A stretch of DNA of 44,270 nt from Elusimicrobiota bacterium (GCA_027340875.1 DAIENX010000045.1:1-44270), one strand, 5' to 3'. Shown: positions 1 to 9,779, counted from the first letter of the stretch. The notes: a model not told the origin generated them from the sequence alone. Made by a program: numbers and translations.

Positions 1-56
1 ATCAGGACGACCACGACCATCTCGATCAGGGTGAATCCCGCGCGGTTCTTGTTCAT
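1..56 (-). CDS. Type IV prepilin/pseudopilin, 5' part only (runs off window)
   Basis: Own translation of the minus strand from ATG at 56: MNKNRAG/FTLIEMVVVVL, a class III signal peptide with G|F cleavage site and E+5. GGAGG-type RBS at ~61-73. Not in the ORF track. Confidence 0.9.
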   Translation of the reverse strand, partial: MNKNRAGFTLIEMVVVVL

Positions 57-81
57 ATAGTCCTCCCCCTCCTCACCCCGG

Positions 82-1305
82 TCAGCCGGCGCCGATCTGG
101 GACAGCTGGAATATCGGCATGAAGATGCTCATCACGATGACCGCGACTATGCCGCCCACGCCGACCACGAGTATCGGGTCGATCAGGGCCGAGAAGCGCC
201 GCAGCCACTGGTCTATCTGCTCCTGGTAATACTTGGAAAGCACGGCTATGATGTCGGGCAGCTTGCCCGACTCCTCGCCCATCCACATCATCTCGGTCAC
301 CATCGGCGGGAAGATGCCGGTCTTGCGGAAGGACTCGGAGATGGAGCGGCCGCCGGCGATGTCGTTCTTGGCGGCCTTCAGCGCGCCCTGGAAGATCAGG
401 TTCTTCTTGAACGCGCCTTCTAGCACCGAGACCGCGTTCAGGATGCTGACGCCGGAGCGGATCAGCGTGGACATCGTGGTCAGCATGCGCTCCGTCTGCA
501 TGGCCTTGATCAGCGAGCCGAACAGCGGCAGGTTGAACTGGATATGGTTCCAGGTCAGGCGGCCCGGAGGAGTGGTGATATAGGTCCTGAAGGCTATCAC
601 CGAACCGATCCCGACCACGCCCATCAGGACGAAGTACTTGGTGACGATGTGCGAGACGAACAGGATGAACTGCGTCAGAGCCGGCAGCTGCAGGTTGAAG
701 TCCTTGAAGATGTCGGCGAAGACCGGGACGATGTAGATGATGAAGTAGGCGAGCACTCCCATCGACATCGTGAACAGCACGGCGGGGTAGGAGACGGCGG
801 TGATGATCTTGGACTTGACGTTCTCCTGCGACTCGCTGTAAGCCGTGATCTGGCGGAGGACGGCCGGCAGCTGACCGGACACCTCGCCGGCCTGCACCAG
901 CGAGACCCAGATCTCGTCGAAGACCTTGGGATGCTTCTCGAGGGCCTTGTGGAAAGCGCCGCCCGCGGAGACCTCCTTCGTAATGGAGGAAAGGACCGCG
1001 CCGAGGGCCTTGTTCTCAGCGTGTTCGGACAGCAGCGACAGCGCGCGCACCAGCGGGATGCCGCCGCCGATCAGCGTGGACATCTGCTCGCCGAAGAAGA
1101 CCATCTCGCGGCCTGAGATGCTGCCGCCGCGGAGCTTCTTTATATTGAGCAGGCCCTTGGACTTGGTATCCTCGGCCTGGATGGAAAGGATGAACAGACC
1201 CTTGGTCTGGAGGGCCTGTACGGCTCCGTCCTCGTCCTCGGCGTCGACGGCGCCGGTGGTTACCGTGCCCTGCGCGTCCTGGACCGTGTAGATGAACCTG
1301 CCCAT
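82..1305 (-). CDS. pilC: Type IV pilus/T2SS inner-membrane platform protein (PilC/GspF family)
   Basis: Two T2SSF repeats (GIPLVRAL...AGEVSGQL; GVSILNAV...MGEESGKL), YP motif before a TM helix, C-terminal 'MSIFMPIF'. Confidence 0.93.
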   Translation of the reverse strand: MGRFIYTVQDAQGTVTTGAVDAEDEDGAVQALQTKGLFILSIQAEDTKSKGLLNIKKLRGGSISGREMVFFGEQMSTLIGGGIPLVRALSLLSEHAENKALGAVLSSITKEVSAGGAFHKALEKHPKVFDEIWVSLVQAGEVSGQLPAVLRQITAYSESQENVKSKIITAVSYPAVLFTMSMGVLAYFIIYIVPVFADIFKDFNLQLPALTQFILFVSHIVTKYFVLMGVVGIGSVIAFRTYITTPPGRLTWNHIQFNLPLFGSLIKAMQTERMLTTMSTLIRSGVSILNAVSVLEGAFKKNLIFQGALKAAKNDIAGGRSISESFRKTGIFPPMVTEMMWMGEESGKLPDIIAVLSKYYQEQIDQWLRRFSALIDPILVVGVGGIVAVIVMSIFMPIFQLSQIGAG

Positions 1306-1349
1306 ATATATAATAACTTAACAGAAAAACCGCGTTTTATCAATGGCTA

Positions 1350-3095
1350 TTATTTCTCCGTCATCGTGATGGAGAGCATGTCCTCGGCGGAGGTGACGCC
1401 GATCAGCACCTTGCGCCAGCCGCTGGCGCGCAGGTCCCAGGCTCCGCTCTTGGCCACGGCCTCGCGGAGCTTCGGGATGTCGGCGTCCTTGGAGACGATG
1501 CGCTTCATCTCCTCGGTGATGAAGAAGACCTCGTAGATGGCCTTACGGCCCTTGTAGCCCATGTTGTTGCACTTGGGGCAGCCCTTCGGCTTGTAGAAGG
1601 TCAGGCGCGTCAGGTCGGGCATCGGGCTGAGATAGGACTCTTTGGAGAACTGGTCCAGTTCCTCGGGGCCGGGGCGGTACGGCACCTTGCACTCGGGGCA
1701 GAGCACGCGCACCAGGCGCTGCGCCGCCACCAGCAGCAGAGTGCTGGCGAGCAGGTACGGCTCTATCTCCATGTCTATCAGGCGCGGTATGGCCTCGAGC
1801 GCGCTGTTGGTGTGCAGCGTCGAGAGCACGAGGTGGCCGGTCATGGCGGCCTTGAGGCAGGCTTCGGCGGTCTCGTTGTCGCGGGTTTCGCCGACCAGGA
1901 TGACGTCGGGGTCCTGACGGAGGAAGGAGCGCAGGCCGCTGGCGAACGTCAGGCCGATCTGCGGCTTGATCTGCACCTGGCTGATGCCCTCCATCTTGAC
2001 TTCGACGGGGTCCTCCAGCGTCATGATATTGATCTCCGGCGACTTGATGGTGTTCAGCACGGCGTTGAGCGTGGTGGTCTTGCCGGAGCCGGTGGGGCCG
2101 GTCAGCAGGATCAGGCCGTGGGGAGCGGTGGCGGCCTTCAGGAAGTCCTCCTTCTGGCGCACCTCGAAGCCGATCTTGTCGACGTTGAACTCCACGTTGC
2201 CCTTGTCGAGCAGACGCATGACGAGCTTCTCGCCGAAGACCGTAGGACAGATGCTGACGCGGGTCTCGATGTTGCGGTTCTGGAAGCGGATCGTGAAGCT
2301 GCCGTCCTGCGGCAGGCGCCGCTCGGAGATGTCGAGCTTCGAGAGGATCTTCACGCGGGAGATGATGGCGTCGAACAGGTCCGACTGCGGCGCGCTCCGC
2401 TCGTAAAGCGAGCCGTCTATGCGGAAACGGAGCGCGACCTTCTCGTCGTATTTCTCCAGGTGGATGTCGCTGCAGCGCTCGGAGATCGCCTGCTTGATTA
2501 TAGCGTTGACGAGTTTGATGGACTGGGCGCCCGAGGAGGACCCGATGATGACCTTGTCAAGGTCGAGCTTGCCGTCCGCGGTCATCACGTCCGCGTCCGA
2601 GCCGCCGCCGTCTCCGGAGCCTGCCTTGTCGAGGACCGTGTCGATCAGGCTGGTCTGCCCGGAATAGAAGGCGTCGATGACCTTCAGGATCTGCGCCTTG
2701 GTGGAGATGAAGGGCGTGATCTCCATGCCGGAGACCAGCTTCAGGTTGTCCTGCAGTATGATGTTGGTGGGGTCCGTCATCGCGACGGCCAGCGTGTTGT
2801 CCTCGATGAACAGCGGGATCACCGCGCTGTCGCGGGCGAACTTCTCCGGGATGAGCTTCTCCAGGCCCTGGGTCTTCTCGGGATTGAGGATCTGGTTCTC
2901 TTTGGAGGCGTAGGGGATGCCCAGCTGCTTGCCCAGCGCCTGAGCCACCTGTTCCTCGCTGGCATAGCGCAGCTTGATCAGGCATTCCCCTATCAGTCCT
3001 CCCTGCTGCTGCTGGAACTTCAGCGCCTTGGCCAGCTGGTCTTCGGTGATCCACTTCGCCTGAACCATTATTTCGCCGAGGAGCTTTTGTGCCAT
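1350..3095 (-). CDS. pilB: Type IV pilus assembly/T2SS ATPase (PilB/GspE) with MshEN-like N-terminus
   Basis: SDIHLE, ERRLPQDG, Walker A GPTGSGKTT, EDPVE, LRQDPDVILVGE, His box TGHLVLSTLHTN, Zn motif CPEC...CPKC. Confidence 0.93.
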   Translation of the reverse strand: MAQKLLGEIMVQAKWITEDQLAKALKFQQQQGGLIGECLIKLRYASEEQVAQALGKQLGIPYASKENQILNPEKTQGLEKLIPEKFARDSAVIPLFIEDNTLAVAMTDPTNIILQDNLKLVSGMEITPFISTKAQILKVIDAFYSGQTSLIDTVLDKAGSGDGGGSDADVMTADGKLDLDKVIIGSSSGAQSIKLVNAIIKQAISERCSDIHLEKYDEKVALRFRIDGSLYERSAPQSDLFDAIISRVKILSKLDISERRLPQDGSFTIRFQNRNIETRVSICPTVFGEKLVMRLLDKGNVEFNVDKIGFEVRQKEDFLKAATAPHGLILLTGPTGSGKTTTLNAVLNTIKSPEINIMTLEDPVEVKMEGISQVQIKPQIGLTFASGLRSFLRQDPDVILVGETRDNETAEACLKAAMTGHLVLSTLHTNSALEAIPRLIDMEIEPYLLASTLLLVAAQRLVRVLCPECKVPYRPGPEELDQFSKESYLSPMPDLTRLTFYKPKGCPKCNNMGYKGRKAIYEVFFITEEMKRIVSKDADIPKLREAVAKSGAWDLRASGWRKVLIGVTSAEDMLSITMTEK

Positions 3096-3135
3096 AGAGC
3101 TTTCCTTGTTCCTTTGCAGCCCGGGACGCCCGGTA

Positions 3136-4881
3136 TTAGTCCACCAGTATGGTCGGCGTGAGGAAGATCACCAGGTCGGTGTTGGTGCGCCTGGAGCTCA
3201 CGCTGGTGAAGAGCCAGCCGATTATCGGAATGTAGCCCAGCAGCGGGACCTTCTTGACGGTCTTGGTCTCGGTGGAGGCGAGCATGCCGCCGATCACTAC
3301 GGTCTGGCCGTTCTTGACGCGGACCATCGTCGAGGCGCCGCGGCTCACGGGGTCGTAGACGGTGGAGCCCTGCACCGTGATGGCGGAAGCCACCACGTCG
3401 GAATAGGAGGGCTGGACTATCATAGTGATGTAGCCTTCCTTGTTGACCTGCGGCGTGACCTTAAGGGTCAGGCCCACGCGGCGCCGCTCCGTACCGGTAC
3501 TGGTGGTGCCGGTATTGCCACCAGCCGATGAGACCATGCTGGTGGTGCCCATCGCCGCGTCCTTGGAGATCTGGATCAGCGCGGTCTTGTTGTTCATCGC
3601 GACGATCTTGGGCTTGCCGAGGTAGCGTCCCTCGCCTTTAGAGATCAGAGCGCGGAAGATGGCCTGCAACTGCGCCAAGCTGAAGATGCCGTAGTAGACG
3701 CCCTTCGAGCTCTGCTGGCCGGTGGCCATTATCGGGTCTATGCCGCCGCCACCGCCGCCGCCGGAACTGCCGCCGCTGCCGGAACCGCCTCCGGAACCGA
3801 GGTCGGTGGTGTTAGGGAAGAACTTCTTCCACTGGTCGCCGGAATAGAAACCAGGCCGCAGGCCGTAGTCGGTCAACCGGGCCGGGCCGGCGAAGTACGC
3901 CATCTCGCCGCGGGAGCCGCCCCACTCGATGCCGAGCTCGTTCATCCGGTCGGTGTTGATCTCGACTATCTGGGCCTCTATCAGGATCTGCGGAGCCTTC
4001 TTGTCCAGCTCGGCTATGATCTGCTCCACCTGGGGGAAGACCTCAGGCACGTCGGTAATGATCAGGGTGTTGGTGCGGGGATCGACCGCGAGCTGGCCGT
4101 TGCTCTTCGTCAGCACGCTCCTGATGATGTTAATGATCGCTATCGGGCTCTCCGCCTGCTGGCCGCCGGGGCCGCCGGGGCGCCCGCCCTGCTGCTGGCC
4201 GCCGCCCTGGCCGCCGCCCTGCTCCATACCGCTGGACGAGACGTCCTGCGAAGTGATGGAGGCTATCTCCTCGCCCACGGAAGAGATGGGGATCAGCGGG
4301 ATATAGTTGAGCGTGTAGATCTTGGTGATGAGGTTCGGAGTGCTGGCCGAGCGCTTCTGGACCACGTAGGTCTGGCTCTTGCCGATGCGCTGGTAGGTCA
4401 GCCCCTTCACCCTGAGCAGCAGCTCCAGGGCCTCGCGCACCGTGGTCTTGCGCAGGAAGACCGTTATCGTCTTGGTCTCCAGCCCTTCGGTGATGATGAA
4501 GTTCACCTTGGACTGCGCCGAAACCACGTCAAGGAACGTGGAGAGCGGCGCGGCCTTGAGCCTTATGGGGCCTATTTTGCGGTCGAGCGGGGAAACGGCC
4601 TCGACCTCCTCGTACATCGGGGCGTCCTTGGGCGCGCCGCCTATCTGCACGGACTCGACCGGCGTGCCGGGGGTCTGCGCCTGCGGCATGGTGGCCGGGG
4701 GCGCGGCGTCGCCGCCGTCGAGTATAGGGCCGCCGCCCTCGTCGCCGCCGGCCGGGGCCTGCAGGTCCTGCGCGAAGTTCTTCTCGGAGTCCTGTGTCCC
4801 CTGGGCGTAAAGGGAGGCCACCGGGAAAAGAAGCGGGTCGACAGCCAGTGTGAACGCGAGCAGGATCTTAATAGTCTTCAT
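3136..4881 (-). CDS. Secretin (PilQ/GspD family)
   Basis: Signal peptide, N0-like and N3 domains (DPRTNTLII...LDKKAPQILIEAQIVE), secretin motifs GLTLKVTPQV, VKNGQTVVIGG, KVPLLGYIPIIGWLF, LVIFLTPTI. Confidence 0.93.
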   Translation of the reverse strand: MKTIKILLAFTLAVDPLLFPVASLYAQGTQDSEKNFAQDLQAPAGGDEGGGPILDGGDAAPPATMPQAQTPGTPVESVQIGGAPKDAPMYEEVEAVSPLDRKIGPIRLKAAPLSTFLDVVSAQSKVNFIITEGLETKTITVFLRKTTVREALELLLRVKGLTYQRIGKSQTYVVQKRSASTPNLITKIYTLNYIPLIPISSVGEEIASITSQDVSSSGMEQGGGQGGGQQQGGRPGGPGGQQAESPIAIINIIRSVLTKSNGQLAVDPRTNTLIITDVPEVFPQVEQIIAELDKKAPQILIEAQIVEINTDRMNELGIEWGGSRGEMAYFAGPARLTDYGLRPGFYSGDQWKKFFPNTTDLGSGGGSGSGGSSGGGGGGGIDPIMATGQQSSKGVYYGIFSLAQLQAIFRALISKGEGRYLGKPKIVAMNNKTALIQISKDAAMGTTSMVSSAGGNTGTTSTGTERRRVGLTLKVTPQVNKEGYITMIVQPSYSDVVASAITVQGSTVYDPVSRGASTMVRVKNGQTVVIGGMLASTETKTVKKVPLLGYIPIIGWLFTSVSSRRTNTDLVIFLTPTILVD

Positions 4882-4942
4882 AAAAACGCCTCCGTCCTAT
4901 CTTATACCTGATTAGTTGCCGAGCGCCCAGAGAATAAGGCGA

Positions 4943-5683
4943 TCAGCGCATGACCTTCTTGAAACGCTTCCCTTTGTATTCGCAGATAATGTAGTTCGCA
5001 CCTATCTTGAGGATCTTTATCCCCTTCACCTTCTGGCCAGCCGTATACATGTCGTCGTTGATGATGGCGGAATTCCCCACGATGCCCTGCAGCCGGATCA
5101 GGGTCTCGGGGCCAGGCTCCTTGGTCTTTCGCGTCTGCATGAGCTCATACTGTCTCTCCGACTCCTCCCGGGCACGCTTGGCCTCGGCGATGCGGCGGTA
5201 ATCGTCCGGCGTGAGGGTGGGGTCCCTCTCGCTCTTCGGGGAATAATAGGAAATGGGCTTGGGGGCAGTGGAAACGACCGTTTCAGCGCCCTCGGGCCTG
5301 GCTTCCCCGGCCGCCGGAGCGGTAGACACGGCAGCAGGCTTCTGCGCGGCAACGGGCCGCTCCGGCGCTGCCGGCTCCTCGCCATCAGCCTCGTCCTCCT
5401 CCACTACCGGAGCATTCGCGGCGGCGGAAGGCCTGTCCTGGGCCTTCGGGATCGCGGCCGGGGCGGCGGAGGCCGCCGGCTGGGAAGGGGACTGAGGGGC
5501 CGGCGCGGGCGGCGAGGAAGGGGACGCCTGCTTCGGGAAGACATTGGCCGTCACCGGAACTTGCGCTATCTCCAGGGAGGCCTGTTTCTTGCCCTTGCTC
5601 CACCAATTGTAGAACAGGAATGAAGGCACCGCCAGCACGGCCAGCAGCAGCAGCCAGGAGAGTACGGAGGAGAAGCTCTTCAT
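4943..5683 (-). CDS. Membrane-anchored protein with Pro/Ala linker and C-terminal PilP/GspC-HR-like beta domain
   Basis: N-terminal TM helix without lipobox Cys, low-complexity linker, 'RDP' then LQGIV...AIIN...G..V.G.KILKI...I. Lies between pilO and the secretin gene. Confidence 0.65.
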   Translation of the reverse strand: MKSFSSVLSWLLLLAVLAVPSFLFYNWWSKGKKQASLEIAQVPVTANVFPKQASPSSPPAPAPQSPSQPAASAAPAAIPKAQDRPSAAANAPVVEEDEADGEEPAAPERPVAAQKPAAVSTAPAAGEARPEGAETVVSTAPKPISYYSPKSERDPTLTPDDYRRIAEAKRAREESERQYELMQTRKTKEPGPETLIRLQGIVGNSAIINDDMYTAGQKVKGIKILKIGANYIICEYKGKRFKKVMR

Positions 5684-5684
5684 A

Positions 5685-6293
5685 TCAGCTCCCTCCCCCT
5701 CCGCCGAGGCGCGGGAAGACGGTGGAGATCGTGAACGAGGCCTTGACCATGCCCGGAGAGCTGTCCTGCCGGCTCATCTGAAGATCGGTGATACGCACGA
5801 AGATAGGAGAGTTCTCTATGTCCGCCAGCCATTTGCCTAGCAGCGCGTACGTGGTGGTGGTGGAGACCTCGCGGGAGACCACCAGATAGCCCGAGACCTC
5901 CGTCTCGTTCTGGGCGCTGCGGGACTCTATGGAAACCCCCGCGTTCCTGGAGGTCTCGGTAAGCAGGTAATTGAGCCACTCGCCCTTGTCCGCTATCCTG
6001 GGCAGCCTGCGCTGCAGGCCCGTCAGCCGCATCTTAGCGGATTCGTACTCATCCGCATACTGGGCCACGGCCTCCATGCTGATTATGCTGCGCTGGGTCT
6101 TGGCGAGCTTGGAGGTGATAGGGCTGTAGACCGCGGCGTAGAGCAGCAGCAGGGAGGGGCCGGCGATGGTCAGCGGCCGCTTGAAAGGAGCGAAGCCCTT
6201 CTCGCCGTAAATTATCAGGATATCGGCGAGCATGTCCTTGAAGTAGGACTTTATCTTCTCCTGTACCGGCGTCTTCTGTTCCCCCATGGTCAT
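5685..6293 (-). CDS. pilO: PilO/GspM-like alignment protein (start may be ATG 6287)
   Basis: TM helix, coiled coil, 'RRLP', 'YALLGKWLADIENSPIFVRITDLQM' ferredoxin-like fold typical of PilO; position in operon. Confidence 0.75.
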   Translation of the reverse strand: MTMGEQKTPVQEKIKSYFKDMLADILIIYGEKGFAPFKRPLTIAGPSLLLLYAAVYSPITSKLAKTQRSIISMEAVAQYADEYESAKMRLTGLQRRLPRIADKGEWLNYLLTETSRNAGVSIESRSAQNETEVSGYLVVSREVSTTTTYALLGKWLADIENSPIFVRITDLQMSRQDSSPGMVKASFTISTVFPRLGGGGGS

Positions 6294-7849
6294 TTCCTCT
6301 TGAGCCGGCAGACCACGGCGAAGCTGGTGGTCGGCCTGTGTCCCGGGTCGTTCGCGAAAGGAGAATCCACGCCGCCCTCTTCGGTGGTGCTGTCGACGGC
6401 GCCGAAAGGGGGCGTGAAGGCCTTGAACGCTTCCGACTTCTTCACCGCGGAGGTGAACGCGTCCACGAGGCGGCTCTTGCTCTGGCCTTTGAGGAAGGTT
6501 TCGCCGGAGATGCGGAACTCGCGCTCGGCCGACTGCGCCTCCGACAGCGAGAACGGATTGGAATAGGAGAAGCCCGTCACCCAGAGCTCGGCCGGGATGA
6601 GGTCGGCGATGGCCGACATCTTGGGGGCGAACGGATCCACGTCGGAGACCAGCCCCTGCAGGACCTGCCCGCCGGTCTGCATCGTAGTGATCTTCGATTT
6701 AATGGTGTCCGGGTCGAGGCCGTCCAGCTCCGGAACGTTCAGCACCTTGTTCCTGAGCGAGGAGACCTTGGACGAGGCCATGAAAAGGCGGGTCTGCCCC
6801 AGTATGGAGAACAGCAGCAGTATGCCGCCGAGGAGGAAAGTGATGTTCCAGACGTATGACTGGACCTTCTTCTCCAGGTTGGCGGCCGTGCTTACACCGG
6901 AGATGTCCGGCAGCGATGGGCCGGGGACGCGGCCCTTCATGGCGGCAGCCGAGGCGAACAGCGCGGCGGCGTCGTTGTCCTTCAGCCCCATCAGGGCGGA
7001 AAGATTCCAGGTCTCCACCGGTATGGGAGCGGCCTCCTTGGCCACGGAACCCTGCCAGACATCGCAGCCGTCGCCGCTCAGCATCACCGCCTTATAGTCC
7101 TTGCCGCCCACATAACGGTCGACAAACTGCACTGCGCCCTTGATGTCCAGACGCTTGCGTTCGCTCATCGTGCCGCCGGAGTCAGTCTCGGTCTCGCGGT
7201 AGAGCACCGGGTATCCGGAGTGCGAGAAGACCATGTAGCTAGAATTCTCGCTGAAATGGACGTAGCCCTTCGAATCGTGGCCTTCCGAGTCCAGGAAGCC
7301 GGAGGCCCTCTCCAGGGAGAGCGGCGTAGCCTCGACCGCGGCCAGGGTAAGGCCGGCGGATTTGAGGGTCTCGGTAAGGAACTCGACGCTCTTGCGCTGG
7401 GTAAGGCCGAAGAGCACCCCGAGCTTCTTCCCCCCGTCCGAGGGAACGGCGCAGTAGTCGTAGACGACCTCATCGAACGAGACCGGGATGTATTTCTTCG
7501 ACTCCAGAGGGATGGACTTGCTCCAGAACCGCCGGTCCACGGCCGGCATCACGAAATATCTGAGGATCGAGAAATGCTGGGAGAGAGTCACCACCGCCGA
7601 GCTGGAGCCCCAGCTGACACGCTTCACGGCCTGTTTGAAGGAATCCAGCCAGGGAGCCTTCTCGTTGAAGAACTCGTGGTTGAGCGAGAGGGGGCGGAGC
7701 ATCCCCTCCTTGACCGGGAAGTTCGTGGGGAACTTGACAAGATGCTCGACCTCCGGTTTGGAGGCCTTGCCGATCTTCACCTGTGAGATACAGATCTCCT
7801 TCGGGGAGATGTATATGCCCAGGTGACTTTGTCCCGCCGCTTTCGCCAT
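6290..7849 (-). CDS. PilM-PilN fusion (GspL-like architecture)
   Basis: N-terminal actin-like PilM features (LGIYIS, 'KKYIPVSFDEVVYDY', 'AGLTLAAVEATPLSL', 'VMLSGDG'), then a TM helix and a PilN-like domain ('IPAELWVT...ISGE'). Confidence 0.75.
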   Translation of the reverse strand: MAKAAGQSHLGIYISPKEICISQVKIGKASKPEVEHLVKFPTNFPVKEGMLRPLSLNHEFFNEKAPWLDSFKQAVKRVSWGSSSAVVTLSQHFSILRYFVMPAVDRRFWSKSIPLESKKYIPVSFDEVVYDYCAVPSDGGKKLGVLFGLTQRKSVEFLTETLKSAGLTLAAVEATPLSLERASGFLDSEGHDSKGYVHFSENSSYMVFSHSGYPVLYRETETDSGGTMSERKRLDIKGAVQFVDRYVGGKDYKAVMLSGDGCDVWQGSVAKEAAPIPVETWNLSALMGLKDNDAAALFASAAAMKGRVPGPSLPDISGVSTAANLEKKVQSYVWNITFLLGGILLLFSILGQTRLFMASSKVSSLRNKVLNVPELDGLDPDTIKSKITTMQTGGQVLQGLVSDVDPFAPKMSAIADLIPAELWVTGFSYSNPFSLSEAQSAEREFRISGETFLKGQSKSRLVDAFTSAVKKSEAFKAFTPPFGAVDSTTEEGGVDSPFANDPGHRPTTSFAVVCRLKRK

Positions 7850-7898
7850 AAATATATTTATTTTACTATATAGTGCCCGCTGTTGCGATACCGCGCCG

Positions 7899-9779
7899 CT
7901 ACTGATTCCCCGCCAGCTTTATCTCCACCATCGGCTTGGTCGACTCGGTCACCTTCGAGTTCAGCTCCATCCGGGAGCGGTCTATGCTGTACTTTTCCGA
8001 CAGCCTCGAGGCCACCTTGTTGACGCGGTTGTCCGCGACGGCGTCCGCGTTAGGCTCGCCGGAATAGGCATAGCCGGTAAGGCGTATCCTGGCCATTGGG
8101 TAATAGCCCATCGTCTCAGCCACCTGCGCCAGGCGCTTCTCGCTGGCGCTGGTCAGCGAGTTGTTGTTCATGAAGAAGATCCGGTAGCTCACCTGCCCGG
8201 AAAGCTGTCCCTGAGGGGCCGCCTCCCCGGCGTCCGACGACTCCTGTCCTCCGGCCGGCTCCTGTCCGCCGGAGGGTTCCTGGTCCCCGGAAGGCTCCTG
8301 TTCGGCGGCCGGCTCCTGTCCGGCCGGCTTCGCCTTGGATCTCGCGGCCGGCTTGCCCTTCACGGCCGGGCGGCTCTTCTTTGGCGGGCCCTTCTTGGCC
8401 GGCTTCTTGAGGACCTTGCCGGATTGTCCGCCCTTTACGCCATTCTTCGTCAGCGAATGCGTTTTCACGCCGGAAGGCAGAACTGTCTCTTTCTGGGGCT
8501 GCTTGCGCGCGGCCGCGGCACGCATGGCCTCCTCCTCCTCGGGGGTGGGCTTCACGGCCAGCAGGCGGCTGACCGAGGTCTCGCGTCCCTCCACGTCGGC
8601 GGCGGTCACCGTGAACATGTAGCGGCCGGAAGGGTAGGCGGCGCCGAAGAACTTCTTGCGTCCGTTCCAGAAGCTCTGGTTGTACATCGGGCCGGACCCG
8701 GAAAGCTCCTGCAACAGCAGCTTCGTGCCGTCCTTCATGACCTGGAAGATCTGGAACTTCCAGCTCGGCGTTCCGACAGGGGACTCGAAGACGGAGAACT
8801 CGACTATCGCCCCCTCGTTCTTGTACACCGCGATGGCGGTGGGATAGATGCCCAGCGAGACCTTAGGCCCCTTCGTCTGCAGGTCCTCGGTGTCCTTCAG
8901 GCGCTGTTCCTTATCATAATCAAAAAGTATGATGATACCGCTTATGCTCGTCAGCTCCTTGGGGAACTGCACGTCGGTGCCGGTAAGATTGACGTCGAGG
9001 CGGGACTTGGAGATCCCGCGGGACTCGAAATAGGAGTTCATCGCCAGCGCGCGCCGGATGTTCTGTATCTTCACGTCGCCGCCGGCGGAACCCTCGGGCA
9101 GGATCAGGATATTGGCCTTGCCCAGCGTGAACAGCAGGCCGGCGACGTCGGACAGCGACTTCTCCGTGCCCGGGCGGAACGCGGTCTCGTTCGCGAAGAA
9201 ATAATTGGCGTCGAGCGTGATGGCCTTCGGCACGCCGTCGCCCATGTAGACCTTCACGGGCCGCGAACGGCCGAGCTCCAGCAGGATGTCGCGGCGCATC
9301 TCTGCGATCTTCGTATTTATCCGGTCGGAGACGTCGGCGCGCTGGTCCGCGGCCTGGTCCTGCGAATCCTCGTTGACGTCCACGGGCGGGGCCGCCGAGG
9401 GACGGTCCGTCGGCTTCTTCCCTCCCTCCTTCTCCGGGTGGGAGATCTCAGCTAGGCCGCTGGGTTCCGCGCCGCGGTCCTTCACGGTGTTCACGCCGGT
9501 GTTCATCCGCAGCGTGATCTTCGAGATGTACTCGTTGGCCAGGGCCTTTTCCGAGGGGCTCCCTTTGACGAGGATGTCCATGAAGCGGTCCATGGCCTCG
9601 GTATTCTCCCCCTCGTGATAAAGCCGTATCGCCTGCTCCATCGACCGGCTGATGCCGCTGGCCGGGGCCGTCTGGGCCCTCAGCACCGGAGATATCGGCC
9701 CGGCGCCCGAGAGGAGGAGCGCGAAGAGGCCGGTAAAGGCCGTTCTAAAAGCGTATCTTGTTTTCATAACGCTATCCAT
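7899..9779 (-). CDS. Exported protein with OmpA-like domains (central and C-terminal), an Ig-like middle domain and Lys/Pro-rich linker
   Basis: Signal peptide, short TPR-like helix pair, OmpA-like C-terminus 'IFF...RLAQVAE...IRLTGYA...NRVNKVASRL', and 'WNG...SGRYMFTVTAAD' Ig-like segment. Confidence 0.65.
   Translation of the reverse strand: MDSVMKTRYAFRTAFTGLFALLLSGAGPISPVLRAQTAPASGISRSMEQAIRLYHEGENTEAMDRFMDILVKGSPSEKALANEYISKITLRMNTGVNTVKDRGAEPSGLAEISHPEKEGGKKPTDRPSAAPPVDVNEDSQDQAADQRADVSDRINTKIAEMRRDILLELGRSRPVKVYMGDGVPKAITLDANYFFANETAFRPGTEKSLSDVAGLLFTLGKANILILPEGSAGGDVKIQNIRRALAMNSYFESRGISKSRLDVNLTGTDVQFPKELTSISGIIILFDYDKEQRLKDTEDLQTKGPKVSLGIYPTAIAVYKNEGAIVEFSVFESPVGTPSWKFQIFQVMKDGTKLLLQELSGSGPMYNQSFWNGRKKFFGAAYPSGRYMFTVTAADVEGRETSVSRLLAVKPTPEEEEAMRAAAARKQPQKETVLPSGVKTHSLTKNGVKGGQSGKVLKKPAKKGPPKKSRPAVKGKPAARSKAKPAGQEPAAEQEPSGDQEPSGGQEPAGGQESSDAGEAAPQGQLSGQVSYRIFFMNNNSLTSASEKRLAQVAETMGYYPMARIRLTGYAYSGEPNADAVADNRVNKVASRLSEKYSIDRSRMELNSKVTESTKPMVEIKLAGNQ
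8236..8326 (-). repeat. Intragenic 18-bp tandem repeat (5 units, QEPxxx)
   Basis: (c/t)tcctg recurs at 8241, 8259, 8277, 8295, 8313; encodes GQEPAAEQEPSGDQEPSGGQEPAGGQESS. Confidence 0.8.

Noticed and set aside
3735..4225. ccg/gcc-rich repeats within the secretin gene
   Set aside because: They encode Gly/Ser/Gln-rich loops common in secretins; not CRISPR or a mobile repeat.
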